A stretch of 63,980 nucleotides of DNA, filler included, from Conidiobolus incongruus B7586 (GCA_000697335.1; 16 parts of 16 records of this genome joined end to end with filler, not necessarily neighbours in it); one strand, 5' to 3'; shown: positions 40,663 through 54,700, counted from the whole stretch's first letter. Numbers and translations: made by a program. Notes: generated by a model not told the origin, from the sequence alone.

Positions 40663-41352
40663 ATGGATTCCTTTAATACTGATTCAGGGAAAAGCCAGCG
40701 TCAGTCGTTGAGAAGTACAAATCTTGCTAGGCGGCCTTATCACATTACCCTTCCCCCTATAGATCAAATGCATTTACAAGGGCCTAGATCAGCTCTTCCT
40801 CGGTATCCACCACCGAGACATAGCTTTACATATCCTCCTTTAAGTGATACAAGTGTTGAGCGCTCTCCTTCTTTCCCTCCACTTTCCTCAACAGAAGAGC
40901 AGTCCTCAACTAGACTCCCGAGTTTAGAGTGTTTACTTTCAAATCCTATCCCTGCTTTTGATATACTACCTCCATATAAAGACTCACGTACAACTTCACT
41001 ACATCCAAATCCATATTCACTTTCTCCAACACTAAGAGGGGAGCCACTACCCTTCCCTAAACTTGAAACTAGTTTACCTCCTATTACATTACCATCAACA
41101 CGTAATACATCCACTCTTATATCCTATTCCGCAAATATGAAGCCATTCGAGTGTGACTTATGTCCTCAGCGTTTTGGGAGGAGTCACGATCTCAAAAGAC
41201 ACTACAAAATACATTTGAATGAACGGCCGTATCAATGTGAGATATGTGATACCAAGTTTACAAGGCTTGATGCTTTAAAAAGACATCAAAGAACGAAAAA
41301 ATGCATGAGTCGACTAAATATTCATCCAAAGCAAAATACGAGCCAAAGCTAA
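40663..41352 (+). CDS. C2H2 zinc-finger transcription factor (229 aa, two C-terminal fingers)
   Basis: FECDLCPQRFGRSHDLKRHYKIH, linker LNERPY, then CEICDTKFTRLDALKRHQRTKKC. Pro/Ser-rich N-terminus. First in-frame ATG is at 40663; TATATAAA at 40557-40564. Confidence 0.92.
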   Translation: MDSFNTDSGKSQRQSLRSTNLARRPYHITLPPIDQMHLQGPRSALPRYPPPRHSFTYPPLSDTSVERSPSFPPLSSTEEQSSTRLPSLECLLSNPIPAFDILPPYKDSRTTSLHPNPYSLSPTLRGEPLPFPKLETSLPPITLPSTRNTSTLISYSANMKPFECDLCPQRFGRSHDLKRHYKIHLNERPYQCEICDTKFTRLDALKRHQRTKKCMSRLNIHPKQNTSQS

Positions 41353-44300
41353 TTTTTAGATTTTACATTAATGATCATAATTGTAATTTTATTTATACTC
41401 TTAGGCTGGTACTTAATTCTCGCTACTGAATTAAAAACTTAAACTCCAAACGTCAAGATATTGATGCAATTGTAATTTTAAAACAACTTACACGTCTTGA
41501 TGAGCTCAATACTCTTTTTAACATCTGATTAAAATGATTGTATTTAAGACTTGGCAAGTACTTGTTAATAAACTATAAATAATAATATTTATTCTCAAAT
41601 ATACATTATTAAATAACTTGATATTTCATAATTGTATATTTAATCTATATTTTTCTTTCAAAACCTAGATGTTTATGACAAAATTTATTATGATCATTAA
41701 ATAGCAATAATGATAGGACATATTTTTAATTTCTCTTTTCATATTATATATATATTATCGAAATATTTTTGGATGTCTATGCTAAAACCACATCATTATG
41801 ATTATTAATATAAGGACCAATATCCAGCATACAATTATATAATATATTCTAGAATTAATTAATTTTAATAATAATATCACCTGATTAAAGCATTCAATTA
41901 AAATTTGAATATTAATTGATATGCAACATTTAAACATTATCAATTTTCATAATTTATATTTTTAGGAATAAGATCAACTACATTATAATGCTTTAAGATT
42001 AAAGTATATTCCAAATAATATACTCTAATATATTATTTGAAATTTAATTAACTTATTATTAAAATCAATTTAATTGGATTATTTGAATATTATTTCATAT
42101 ATATGATGTTAGTTATATCATTCAAGTTTATATCAATACATTATTGCTATATTTGAATAATATATCATATTTAATTTTAATAACTAATATTATCTGAAAT
42201 CACACTACTTGACAAATTATACAATCACTCATTACCTCAATAATTCCCAATGTAATTTATATCATACTTTATCAATAATGATTTATTTTTTATAAGCATC
42301 AACTTTAAATAATTTTATTATTAAATATAGTTATTTAAAAGTTATATATATAATAATTTGCCTTATAAAAAATAATGTTAAATCATTGAAAAAACTTAAC
42401 AATTAAATGATATATATATATATATTTAACTCTATTTAATAGCAATAAAGGATAATTTAGTCAAAATAATTAATATTATATTATTAAAACTTGCATATCA
42501 ATTATATTGAATATTTAATATATCAATGTGACTTTACTATAATTATATGATATGATTATACATATCAATCCGGTATTTATTTAATTAACCAAATCTTTAT
42601 TTTTCAATATACTAAAAAATTCATATTGGTATTAGCACTATACTGTATGCTAAATAGTTTTTAATTTTTAATAAATTTTATTTTGATAATATGAAATTGT
42701 GTTATGATATTTTTTAATTAGGTTTTAATATATTTATATTTTTAATCTTCAATCTGAACAAAAGATTTTCGAAGTTTGAATCAAAATATTTTATAATTAA
42801 TTCAATATTAAATATGTCGAATTTTAAGATCAAATAGCATCAAAAGAAAGTATATACAAACCAGGGTCCAACTTGATTAAATCCTTTAAATTGGAGTATA
42901 TTCTAGCGATATAGTACCAACAATTCATATTATGTTTAATTTTCACCATCTATTATTATGGAAGATTTTTAAAACATCATTCCATATTTTTAAATTCAAT
43001 TATATAAATCGTCAAAATATTTTGCTAGCTTCATTTTAATTGAAAGTAAATTATTTTAGGAACTAAAACCATAATATTTTTGTAAAATAATAATTATGTA
43101 ATTTCAACAATAAAATCTATTTGAATCTGGAAAAAATATAAATATATGATTGTAGTTATCGTGGGACAAGCGAATGTCTTACTTATGGATGTAGATGAGT
43201 ATAAGTGATGTCTTCTTTATATCAATCTCTTTATACGAAAGTTATCATGACTTTCATCGTTACATGAGACATGTGGGAATCTGTATGATAATTCATTGTA
43301 AAGTCACACGTGAGTAAATGCAGCAGAATGGTTACAAAAGTACGTGCAATGATTTGATTAAACGGAGGAGCGATCATAAATTTATGTATTATTTTCAATA
43401 TTATATTGATTTAAAATAAATTTTCAATGATTCAGCTTTTAACATTTTCAAAACTTGTCTTTTCACTTTAACGCTATGTATAAAAGCTTTAATTACAAAG
43501 TTTTAATTTATGTATGATATGTTTAATCTTTAATATATTTGAATTTTACTCTAATAAATTATTTAAAATATAAAATATATTTTAAATTATTGTGAATAGT
43601 TTCATTATTAATTCAATAAATTAAATAATTATCAATATGATATATTTCTATTTTAATGATTATTTGAATTTTATTATTAACTTGAAATAACGTATATTTT
43701 ATAGCTAAATATAATGAAAATAATGTATAGTAAAGGAGGTATTAGTTTGATTGATGACCTAATTATTTCGAGGAAAAAATAATATGTTTATGAATAATTT
43801 AAATATATAAATAACTCTCTAAAACTACTGAAAATAATTGTCTAATTCTTAAAATTATAATAATCAATAATAATTTAAAAAAAACAAAATTTTCAAATTA
43901 ATTATAGATAAAATATAAAATTTAATTCCAGTATTTATTTTATTAAATATAGATTTATAATATATATTTTATTGGATATTCATCATAAATATAAAAATAT
44001 ATAAACTATTAAGTTATAAATTCAATATAACTAAGGGTCATATAAATTATAATATTTAAAAAACTTATAACTTTATATTTTCAATATTAATAACTAACTA
44101 AGTTATATTATAATCTAATATATAGTATATAGTTTTAATAACTTAAAACAATACTATTAAATATATATATTCTTTTATTATTAAAAATTTTTTAAAANNN
44201 NNNNNNNNNNNNNNNNNNNNNNNNNNNNNNNNNNNNNNNNNTTAATTAATTAANNNNNNNNNNNNNNNNNNNNNNNNNNNNNNNNNNNNNNNNNNNNATA

Positions 44301-46053
44301 TAATTATATTTAATTTAAGTAAAGAGCAATAAAATCTATATTACTTTAATAATAATAATTAATAAAAAATCTTAATTATTGTTTTTTAAATTTAATCAAA
44401 TAAAGAAAAAAGGAATAATATTAAAGATATCTATATTTATAAGTTTATAATTAAGAATAGGATTGAAATAATAAGGATGACTTGGTAAAATATTTTTATT
44501 TTATAGATATAATATAATTTATTAAGAGAGTTATAGTTTTTAAAAATTATATATCATACCAAAATACGGTATTCTTGGTGCTATTAAATATAATTATTTT
44601 AACTTTATTTCTTCTTATCTTTATATATAATTTAAAATTATTTATATACTAACAAAATTTTTTAACATTATTTATATTTTTAATTTAACTCTAATATTAA
44701 GAAATTTGTTAATATAATTTATTAATAAAGTTTATTTTTTTTGAGGGTTTGTTTTTAAAAAACTTTTTATTAAAGAAAGATATTAATATTTTTTAAATAG
44801 TTCAGGAGTTGATTAAAAATAATCAAAAATTGATTAATTCCATTAAATTATGCTTTTGCTTATATTAATATATATTTATTTAAATAAGTGATTAATATTA
44901 TAAAATAAGATTATTTAAACATAGGGATATTATATTCAATATATAAATATAAAATTCGATAAATAAATATTGAATATTTTTTAATTTATTAAAATAAGCT
45001 AGTTTTATAATTATTTGGTAAAACAAAATATATATAAAAACTATTATATCCTTTATTTTTATAGATTATAAAAAATAAATTTAATAAAATAATAAAGTCT
45101 ATAAAATACTTAAATTTAGTTATAAATTTCAAGTTAAATATTTCTTTGTAAAATGTTTAAAGATTTTTAAAATAATCAAACTCTGCTAATATATAATGAA
45201 ATAAAAGAATGATTTAATTTTATAGCTTTAACAATAATTCTAATCTAATTATAAATTTAAGTAAAATCTTTTTTGAATAATAATAAAATATGAAGGAATA
45301 AAAAAATATTTTAATTTAATAATATAATGATTTATATAGAAATTAAAGAAAGTATAGGATAATATCTATATGAGATTTACTAACAATATCTTGATTCTCC
45401 ACTAATATTATATTTTTTATATAATTAAAGTATAAAAATTATATAGTAAAAGATAAATATAATTTTATATTTATTTGATATTTGATTTAATAATAATTAT
45501 TTATATCTTGAAAACCAACCCAATTATTCTACTCTAGTTTGATATTATCAATAAAGTGTAATTAAGTAATAATAAAGAACCTAATGACTATGGGTCAGTG
45601 GATATTACTTAATTAAATAATAATACTAATAATATATGCAGTTGGTAATATTACGAACAAATAATATATTTAAATAATCTGATATAGAAAATTGGATATT
45701 TTTTTACTTGATAAAATGAAAAAAAAATATATATTAGATTTTAAATCATATATTGAACAAAAATACAATATGTTTTACTTTTTTCAAATATTTAGTATTA
45801 AAATTTTGACAAATCTAAACAGAATTCAATGGAATAAATGAAATTTTCAATAAATATAATTGAGATGTAATTCTATAATCAAGATAAATTAGTTTTTTGT
45901 TGTTTATAAATTATTATAAAATCAAAATTGCTCATAAAGAATATTAATATAAAACAGAAATTAAAGCCAAAATATAGAATGTTTATAGATATGGATCCAA
46001 TAACATTTATTTGACAATCAAGGGAGCGAAAATCCATTTACGTTGTTCGCAAG

Positions 46054-46725
46054 TTATTTGAGATTACACTGTCCAAAAACTTCGAGACCATATCTTTTAA
46101 CCATACAATCTGTTTTAAGATCGGCTTTTTTGATAATTCCATTAGAATTTTGAGGATATACATCAAAAGTAGCCATTGGATAAGCAGTTTCACTTCCTTT
46201 GAGCCATTGGTCATTTTTGTTCACTCTCATCTGATAGGGTCCAACGCAACCATGGCCATCACAACTACTAGTACTAGAAAGTAAGATGATTTCGTTATCT
46301 TTTCTCACAGCTAGAGCGCTTGCAAAATACGAATCACCACCTCTGCCAACTAGAACGGACTGGTCACCAAAAGGTACTCTGACTTCATTGAAAGCTTTAG
46401 GCTGTCCATTGAAATAAAAGTCAGTCAATCTACATCCTAAAGATGTTTCTGTATAATTACGTCTAGTTGTAAATGTCCAAGCTGCAGCTTCATCATTAGT
46501 GAGATATAACCATTCTCTAGGACCCCCTCTCTCTTGTTTAAAGGATAGCCACTTTCCGGTAGATTTTTCTCTTAAAGCGAAGGGCGTGTGACCTTGATAA
46601 ATATAATTACCGCAAGTGTCAGTCATAGTTTTGATGATTTTATAATCAACACCTTCCCAAAGAGACTGTTGAGACTGAACAGAGGCCATAGAGGCAAAGA
46701 AGAAAAGTAAAGAATTGATAAACAT
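46054..46725 (-). CDS. Secreted protein of unknown function (223 aa, 6 Cys, probably beta-rich)
   Basis: Signal peptide MFINSLLFFFASMASVQS. Intronless GC-richer ORF with TATATAAGGG about 70 nt upstream. Confidence 0.85.
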   Translation of the reverse strand: MFINSLLFFFASMASVQSQQSLWEGVDYKIIKTMTDTCGNYIYQGHTPFALREKSTGKWLSFKQERGGPREWLYLTNDEAAAWTFTTRRNYTETSLGCRLTDFYFNGQPKAFNEVRVPFGDQSVLVGRGGDSYFASALAVRKDNEIILLSSTSSCDGHGCVGPYQMRVNKNDQWLKGSETAYPMATFDVYPQNSNGIIKKADLKTDCMVKRYGLEVFGQCNLK

Positions 46726-49173
46726 TTTCAAATCAATAATTACTGTATATTTCAATTGATTTTTGGTTTTAGCTGATCTTAATTATTGACCCTTATATAT
46801 TAAATCCAAGCTTTTTCATTTGACTATACTCATAGCCCTATACATCATTATTTAAATTTATTAAAATTTATTAATTACGATCGAATGGAAACTGAATCAT
46901 TGCTGTATCACAAACTTTCAAAATTACCTATATAAAATTTAGCTTATTTTGATAATAAATAGAATAATCTTTTTTAATTTTATTTCAATATTTGAATATC
47001 ATAAATTTGCCCAATATTAATTACTTCAATTAATTAATATTGTTAAACAATTTCCATATATCTCAGATTATGTATATCTACTTTGATAACATATTATTTT
47101 AAAATTAAGTAATATTTAAGATCCGACTATGGCGCCTATGCAAATCGATCGAGGCTTATGCTTAATCTTGGTGTCACATTAAATTAACTGGATATTATTC
47201 AAATATAAATTTTCATCTATGTGCATATTTGATCCCTTTATTTGAATTAATACTACTCATTTTTTATTTTATTATTTCGCCTCTTTTGTAATCTAAAATT
47301 ATTGTTGGATATTTTATAAATTCAATTAATGAAAAGTTGAGCAAATAGCATATGATAAAAATAAATATAAACTGAGATAATTGAAATTATTTTTTGGAAG
47401 TAAAATTTGTTAATTAAAAATCAAATTAAGGTAAAATAGTAAATGATTTGTATATCTACGGATTTAATATTAATTTGTATATATTGTATAGTACCTCTTG
47501 AATTATGAAGTGCGATTTTGAGTTTATATTCTTTAAAGGACCTACAAGCCAATAATAGACAAATCATTTTGCAAATATTAAATAAGGTCCATTTATTAAA
47601 AATTCATTACTATATTTGCAGAATAATGATATTATTCCTTATAATTTTTCAATAATAATATTATAATTAATAAGTTGATATAATCTTTTTTTAATTTAAA
47701 TAGATAATGAGATTGTGATTAAAATAAAAGTTAATGATTAAAGTATTATATTATTGGGTAGTAAATTAATACAATATATATATTTTTAATAATTAGAGAA
47801 AATATATATAATGATATATTTTTTAGCAAATATTCTCTCAAATTTTTTATAATGAGGAGTTTTAATTAATCATATTAATTTAAACTATATTACCTGTATC
47901 CTTGCAGTTTATTATTGAAAGTAATAGTTTTAGAAATAGATCTAATTTTTGATTAATTCCCGTTTTTTCTTTATATATAAATCTAATTTGAATAATATAA
48001 GAGAGAGAAAATTATTGATATTTTTGACAGATAGATTTTTGGTTATCTTATAAGTCAAATATTATAAATCATGTCACTTGAATATTATATATATATATTG
48101 ATATTGAGTTTTCTTATGTTATTAGTATATAAATTTAATAATGGCATAATTTTAAAATTTAAACAAATAATTAATAAATGAAAAAAAATAATATATAATA
48201 TAAAATGAATATTTGTTTTATTAATAATAAATCTTTATCATATTTTTGGCAAGCTTCTAATACCTAAAAAATAGTTCTTTTTAAAAAACTGAAATTTAAT
48301 ATTTAACAAATTAATTTAATTTGATTGAATACATTTGTTTCCTAATATCATATTTCTAAGGACCAAAAACAATAATAAATATAGGTTATAATCTACCAAA
48401 TATATTAGATATGATAGCTTTTTTAGGTTTTTTATATAAACAATTTTTATAATTTTACCTTTTTTTATTTTATAATTATTATATAAAATAAAAAACATTT
48501 TTAATTTATAATATTGATAATGATTAAAAATATATTATTAAAAAAACAATATAAAGCTTTCCATTAAAAGAATTATCATTAAATATTAAAAAAAAGCCAT
48601 ATACTATTAGAATCAATTATAAAAACTAATATTTGTTTATTAACCAAGTATTTGTTTATTGGAATTTATGAATAAAATTGTTTCAATTTAACCCAAACTT
48701 TAGTTCTGTTTTTTAATAAAATATTATATAAATTCTCTAAGTTTCATTAATTATAGTAATTTGATATATTAACCTATACTTTTATTTCAATTTTAATATA
48801 CTTGATTTAGCTATATTTATTTTGATTTTTTTGTTAATTTAAGTTAAATAATAAAATATCTATTATATATTTTTATTGACTGATTTAAATTTAAACTTTA
48901 GGATATATAATATATTTATATATTTGAAAGTGAATATTTTAGATAGTTTTCTAACCAAAATATATAGCTATTTATTATTTTTTTTATTGTATTAATTAAT
49001 GAAAAAAGAACAATAGAAATTAATTGGCTAAACTTAGATAAACTTTGAATAATATCCCATTTAACTTTAAAATAACAAATTTAATAATAAATAATAGATT
49101 TAAATAAAACATTATCTTTATAAGTTGTTTATAAATCTTAAATGATTTTAAAGGGTTTATAATTAAGTTTTAA

Positions 49174-49410
49174 TAATACTAAAATAAAAGACTTTTGATA
49201 AGCATTATTTAGTTTAAGTATAATTAAATTTAACCTCAAATTTTAAAGAATATTTTAATAAAAAAAATAATTATAAAGTATATATATATAATAAAAATAT
49301 TAATTCTCTTATAAACTTTATATTTATTTGATTTTTCAAAGCTAACAATATATATAAAAAGTCAGAAATTAGAAAATTTCCAATTATTTTAAATTTAAGG
49401 TAATGATTAT
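49174..49410. repeat. AT-rich dispersed repeat fragment, second copy at about 52591-52838
   Basis: Shared blocks TAATACTAAAATAAAA..CTTTTGAT, TATTTAGTTTAAGTATAATTAAATT, an (AT)n run, TCAGAAATTA and GGTAAT occur in the same order in both places. Confidence 0.6.
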
Positions 49411-51181
49411 GATTTGAATCAAATTTGATATTTTAACATAAATATTTGTTAAAACAAATATTTATATAATCTTTTCATTTCTTTCTTTCATAATCTTGCC
49501 TAATGAATATTATAATTATCTATTTTATATAAATTTATATATAATATTATCATATAACAGATTTTTTTGATATAAAACCTATATAAAAGATAATATATTA
49601 TTAAATTTATATGTATGATCTAATAACAGTGATTTAAAATTTATTTGTACCATTTTCAAATTTAATGTGTGAAGTTTGTAATTAAATAACTGAAACAAGT
49701 ATTATATTTCAATTTCAAGTTATAAAATATTATTTAATATTTATTGTAAATTCATTACATTGTTAGAATGTTTAATTACTAAGCATCATTTAAACTTTTA
49801 AATGGTAAATATATTCACTATTAAATTTAAATAGCTAGATTATCGAAATAAATTTCCATCAAATTTTATTAATTAATTTTGAATATTATTTTAATTAAAT
49901 TCCCAACTTTATATATAATTCCCCTTCTGGTTTTGAAGATGGATGATCATGAGGAATTAATTGATAAATCTCTTTTGGTTTATCACCAACCCTCTCACAA
50001 GGCTTGTAAATATTTCTCACGATGTTTGAATTTTATTTCTGCCATTTTATATATTTTACTGTGAATATGAAATCCACCCGATCATATACTTGATATAATC
50101 CCTCATTTGATTTTTAAAAGACTCCATGTAAATTGGTCATTATCTTGTTCCATTCTTAATAATGCAAATATAACAGTATTTACCAAGAACAAAAATCATC
50201 AAATTGTGAAAATATTGTCATATCTTTTACCAAAAAGTTATATCACACCATTGATCTGATTTTAAAATAACTACCATAAAATAAACCATTCAAAATCAGA
50301 AAAATTATTTCATGGTATTAGCCATCAAAATTGGGTTTTTAATCAAATAATAAGAGTGCACTTCTATTCTCAGTATTATTTTGATTTTTCCCTTTATTAT
50401 TAAATTCAATATACTAACCATCGTTATTTGTTATTTTAAATAAATCATTTTAAATTTATATCAAAATAGTTAATTTTGAAGTTTTCATAAAATACCAAAT
50501 AAAAAATTAAATTTCAGATATATAAAATCATATTTTGATAATATATTCAAATTAATAGGTTTTTTGTCCAATTTTGACCTATCTACTTTGCTTTGAATTA
50601 AAATTATCATTATGTATAAATAAAAAAAATTAAATTTCAACTTGATATATATTCGGTAAATAATTATAAATGATACAATTTCTATATATGATATTAACAT
50701 TAGATTATCTGATTATACCAGTAAATTATATTATTTAATTCATTGAAGGTATTACTTTTACCTAAATTCTCTGACTATTTTGAAAGATATTTGAAAATTG
50801 TTTATTATGCCGACTAATTCAATATTTAATTCTATGATATAATTTATATTATATGTAGGTATGAAACGTTAATCTCAAATATTATTTTTTAAATTTTCAA
50901 TATGTTTTGATTATTATAATAATTCATGTTCCCAATTCAATTGAAAATAAAAATGAATGGCTAAATTTTACTTAGCCATGAAATAAAATTGAATTTCATT
51001 TAAATTCACCAATAGTTAAAATTCAGTAAATACATATTACACATATTGAGATGAAAGTAAAAAGATATATAAAATACAGTTTCAAAAAAATTATACCTAA
51101 GTATTACTAAGCCATAAATTAAAAAATATCAATTGATTTATATAAGAGGTATAGACACCATTAATCTTTCGTTAACTCAAA

Positions 51182-51793
51182 ATGAAATTAAAAACTTTAT
51201 CTTTCTTTGTGCTTCCACTTGTAGCTACGAATCATTTGGATCGCCGTGAAGAACCCAAATTAGGGTATGCTCTTGGCCTTCTTCTGGATCCTCTCTTGAA
51301 TAGTCCCCCTGTCGATGCACTTACCACCGGCCTTGGTTATGTTGTTGGTTCGCTCGAAGAACCTTTGGAATATCTCGGATTGGGTCATGTTACTGGAGCA
51401 CTTCCACTCGAAGAGCTTACTCAACCTCTCGGCAAACTATTGGGCGCTCTTCCACTCAATAAAGTCCTTGATGCATTACTTACCGATCAAACTAAAGAAG
51501 CACTTGCTCATACGCTCCAAAACCTTCATCTAGATAAAGTAGATGATGCCCTTAAACTTCATTTGGAAGACCGCGTAAAAGAACTGAATTTACCAGCTTT
51601 GAGTGATGTTGTCAAACTCTCACCCGAACCAGAGTCGGATAATAAAGAATCGTCTGATGAACAGAAGCCAACTGAACAAAAGAAATCTGCTGACGAAAAG
51701 AAACCAAGTCAAAGTGTGAAATCTGTTGACGAAATGCAATCCCAACCCCCACAAGTTGAGGAAAAACCCAAAGATGACAATACTCAACAGTAG
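51182..51793 (+). CDS. Secreted Leu/Gly-rich protein with charged low-complexity tail (203 aa)
   Basis: Signal peptide MKLKTLSFFVLPLVA, then HLDRR (Kex2-like dibasic site), repeated LGY and GALPL units, and a tail with S-x-DE-[QK]-K-type repeats. TATATAAG at 51139-51146. Confidence 0.88.
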   Translation: MKLKTLSFFVLPLVATNHLDRREEPKLGYALGLLLDPLLNSPPVDALTTGLGYVVGSLEEPLEYLGLGHVTGALPLEELTQPLGKLLGALPLNKVLDALLTDQTKEALAHTLQNLHLDKVDDALKLHLEDRVKELNLPALSDVVKLSPEPESDNKESSDEQKPTEQKKSADEKKPSQSVKSVDEMQSQPPQVEEKPKDDNTQQ

Positions 51794-54700
51794 ATTTAGA
51801 ATTATACCAATATAATCTTTGAATCTATTTAAATGAAATTTTATTATATTCAGTATTTATTAATACATTCATATTTATCATTAAATAAAATCAAATATAT
51901 TTTATTTTTATTTTCAAATTTAAATTTATTATTTAATAATAATTATAAGTATATGAAATATGTTTTTACATAATTTCAGATTTTTGATTTTAAACTAAAT
52001 TAGTCAAGATAAATTTTTAATTAATTTCATAAATTATCCAAGTTTTTAATCAATACACTTATAATTATATTATATTTTCAAATATTCATTAATCAAATAA
52101 TTTAGGTCTTGTTTTCTAAGTCATAATACTCAATATTTAAATTTATATGAATATATTTTAAATTATTATTTTAATAATTAGATAAGTATTCAAATATTAG
52201 ATAATATTTGAATCTGAATATAAATTCAAATTAAATATATATTCAATATAATTTTCAGGCTAAATAATGTATATATTATTTATTAACTCAGGTAATCATA
52301 AACTAAGATATAATTATTAATATAATTTACTTCTTAAAATATATAATTTAAAATATCATTGATATTGAAAAGAATATATTCTTATATTAATTTTTATTAT
52401 TTTAAATTCTTTTTATAAATTTAAAACTTTATATAGTTTATATTGGATCAATAAATATTTATAATTTATTAAAATTTAAAAANNNNNNNNNNNNNNNNNN
52501 NNNNNNNNNNNNNNNNNNNNNNNNNNTTAATTAATTAANNNNNNNNNNNNNNNNNNNNNNNNNNNNNNNNNNNNNNNNNNNNAATTTTACTAATACTAAA
52601 ATAAAAAACTTTTGATGGTTACTATTTAGTTTAAGTATAATTAAATTAAACAACTAATTTTAAAAAATTATTTTTTTAATCAAAAAAGTTATTATATATA
52701 TATATATATATATATATAATTTAAAACTATTTATTTTCCTATTTGTTTTGTATATATTTTTTTATTTGAAACTAATAATATGTTTGAAAAATCAGAAATT
52801 AAATAATTTCCCATTTCTTCAATTCTATGGTAATATTAATTATTAAATATTGATAATAAATTTTTTATTAATTTATATTCAATGATTTGATTTGATTTGA
52901 TTTAATTAATATTTTATACAAAAATACAACATATACACACATATATATATTTATATATTAATATATATTTGATTATCTGATCAGGTGAGTTATATGAAAT
53001 AGTTGAAAAATAACCAATATAATAAATTCAAACAAAAATAAGAATTTAATCATTGTATAAGTTAATCATCAGTAGTTGAAAAAGATTAAGCTTTTTACAT
53101 GTTGAATATAAAAGATATTTAATATTGAAAAATTCAATTCAATTTTTGTTATTTTATTAAATAAAAATTGTTAACTTGTATATATATTATAGGAAATAAT
53201 GTTTTCCATCACTTAAGAAACTCGGATTACCACACTGATTCAAGAAGTCACATTGGAAGTACCTCATTTCATGAACCGGTTGAACCTATCACTTGATAAT
53301 CCCATCTTTCTATTTTCATTTCAAAAGTATCAAGTATTTAATTTATTTGGAGTAAGCCATTTTCACCTAATTTGTTGAATCCCATTAATTTCCTTTAACT
53401 TTGTGGTAATCTATTGTTTACCGCTGGCGATTCCCTGTTTAAGCTCCTAAAACCTATTTCTTCCAGCGGTTACAGCCGTCATATATATATATATATATAT
53501 CAAAGTGCTGTTTTATAGTAACATTTTTTTCGTGATATAAGTTTTCTAAGTCTAATATTTTATTTACTAAAGGATATAATAGCAAACAAATAAATAATTT
53601 TTATTATATTTAATATAAATACTTTCATAAAATAAATTATATTTAATTTTAATTAGTAAAATTTTATTAAAGCTCAAATTATAATTAAAAAATATATATA
53701 ATTTTATTTTAATATTTTAAAATTTTATATAAATAAATTTTTATATTAAATTATAAAATTATTCTAACTAATTTATAATATATTGATTATATATAAAATT
53801 TGAATAAATATATAATAATTGAAATATAACCATTTTAAAAAACCTTTTGAACACAATGTTAAATAAAAATTATGTTTAGGTCATTATTTAATTCCATTGA
53901 TTATTACAATGAAGGTTAAATTATTCAAAATTTATTATATTCAAATTGAGGGTTTTTAAATAAAGTCACACTAATATGATGTAAACAACACCTGTTAACC
54001 ATTTTTCAACCCACAAGGAATATTTAATCTTTTATTATTATTATTATTATTATTAACATAAATAATTGACTATGGGAGCAAAGACAATTTTAAAACCAAA
54101 ATATTTTGAACTGATCTAAAATTAAGTGATTGAATTTGATTTGTAACCTCACTTTAAATAATCAAACATTAAATTCCACATTTTTAATCTTGGCTATTAA
54201 TTTTGGTTTTTTATTATATTGTTTTGAACTTTTTTTAACTTTATTTTATCCTATTTTTAACTCGAATAATATCTTAGTAAATTTATTTTATACAATATTT
54301 TAAAATTATATTATATTTGATTTAAAAATTTATATTGTTATAAATTATATTGATATTATAATTATTATTAAATATGTCATATTATAAATTATTAAGTAGA
54401 ATTAATTAGAGGTTAAGTATTAATATTATTAAAATAATTTAAATATAAATGATCCAACTTTTAAGTTCATAAATATTCTAACAATAAATAATTTATTAAG
54501 ATGATTATTCTAATCGTTTCAAATTTTAACACTCTTCAGTTCTTAAAAAGATTTCCTAGAATAGAAATACCAGATTTGTTTTAATTTTAGTGTAATAGTT
54601 GTATTAAGGTTTGAAAAATAATATAACTAAAACTTACCACTTTTATATATAGTATAATATTCTATTTTATTTTATAAATTCTATTATTGTATTTATTTTA

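Noticed and set aside
40764..41114. 116-aa minus-strand ORF; likewise 51315-51533, 4735-4938, 6102-6293 and 7100-7372
   Set aside because: All overlap well-supported genes in another frame or strand and have no motifs of their own.
44400..44620. LPSHPYYFNPIL on the minus strand, vaguely like a DDE transposase LNPIE motif
   Set aside because: No supporting upstream catalytic motif in frame; too degenerate to call.
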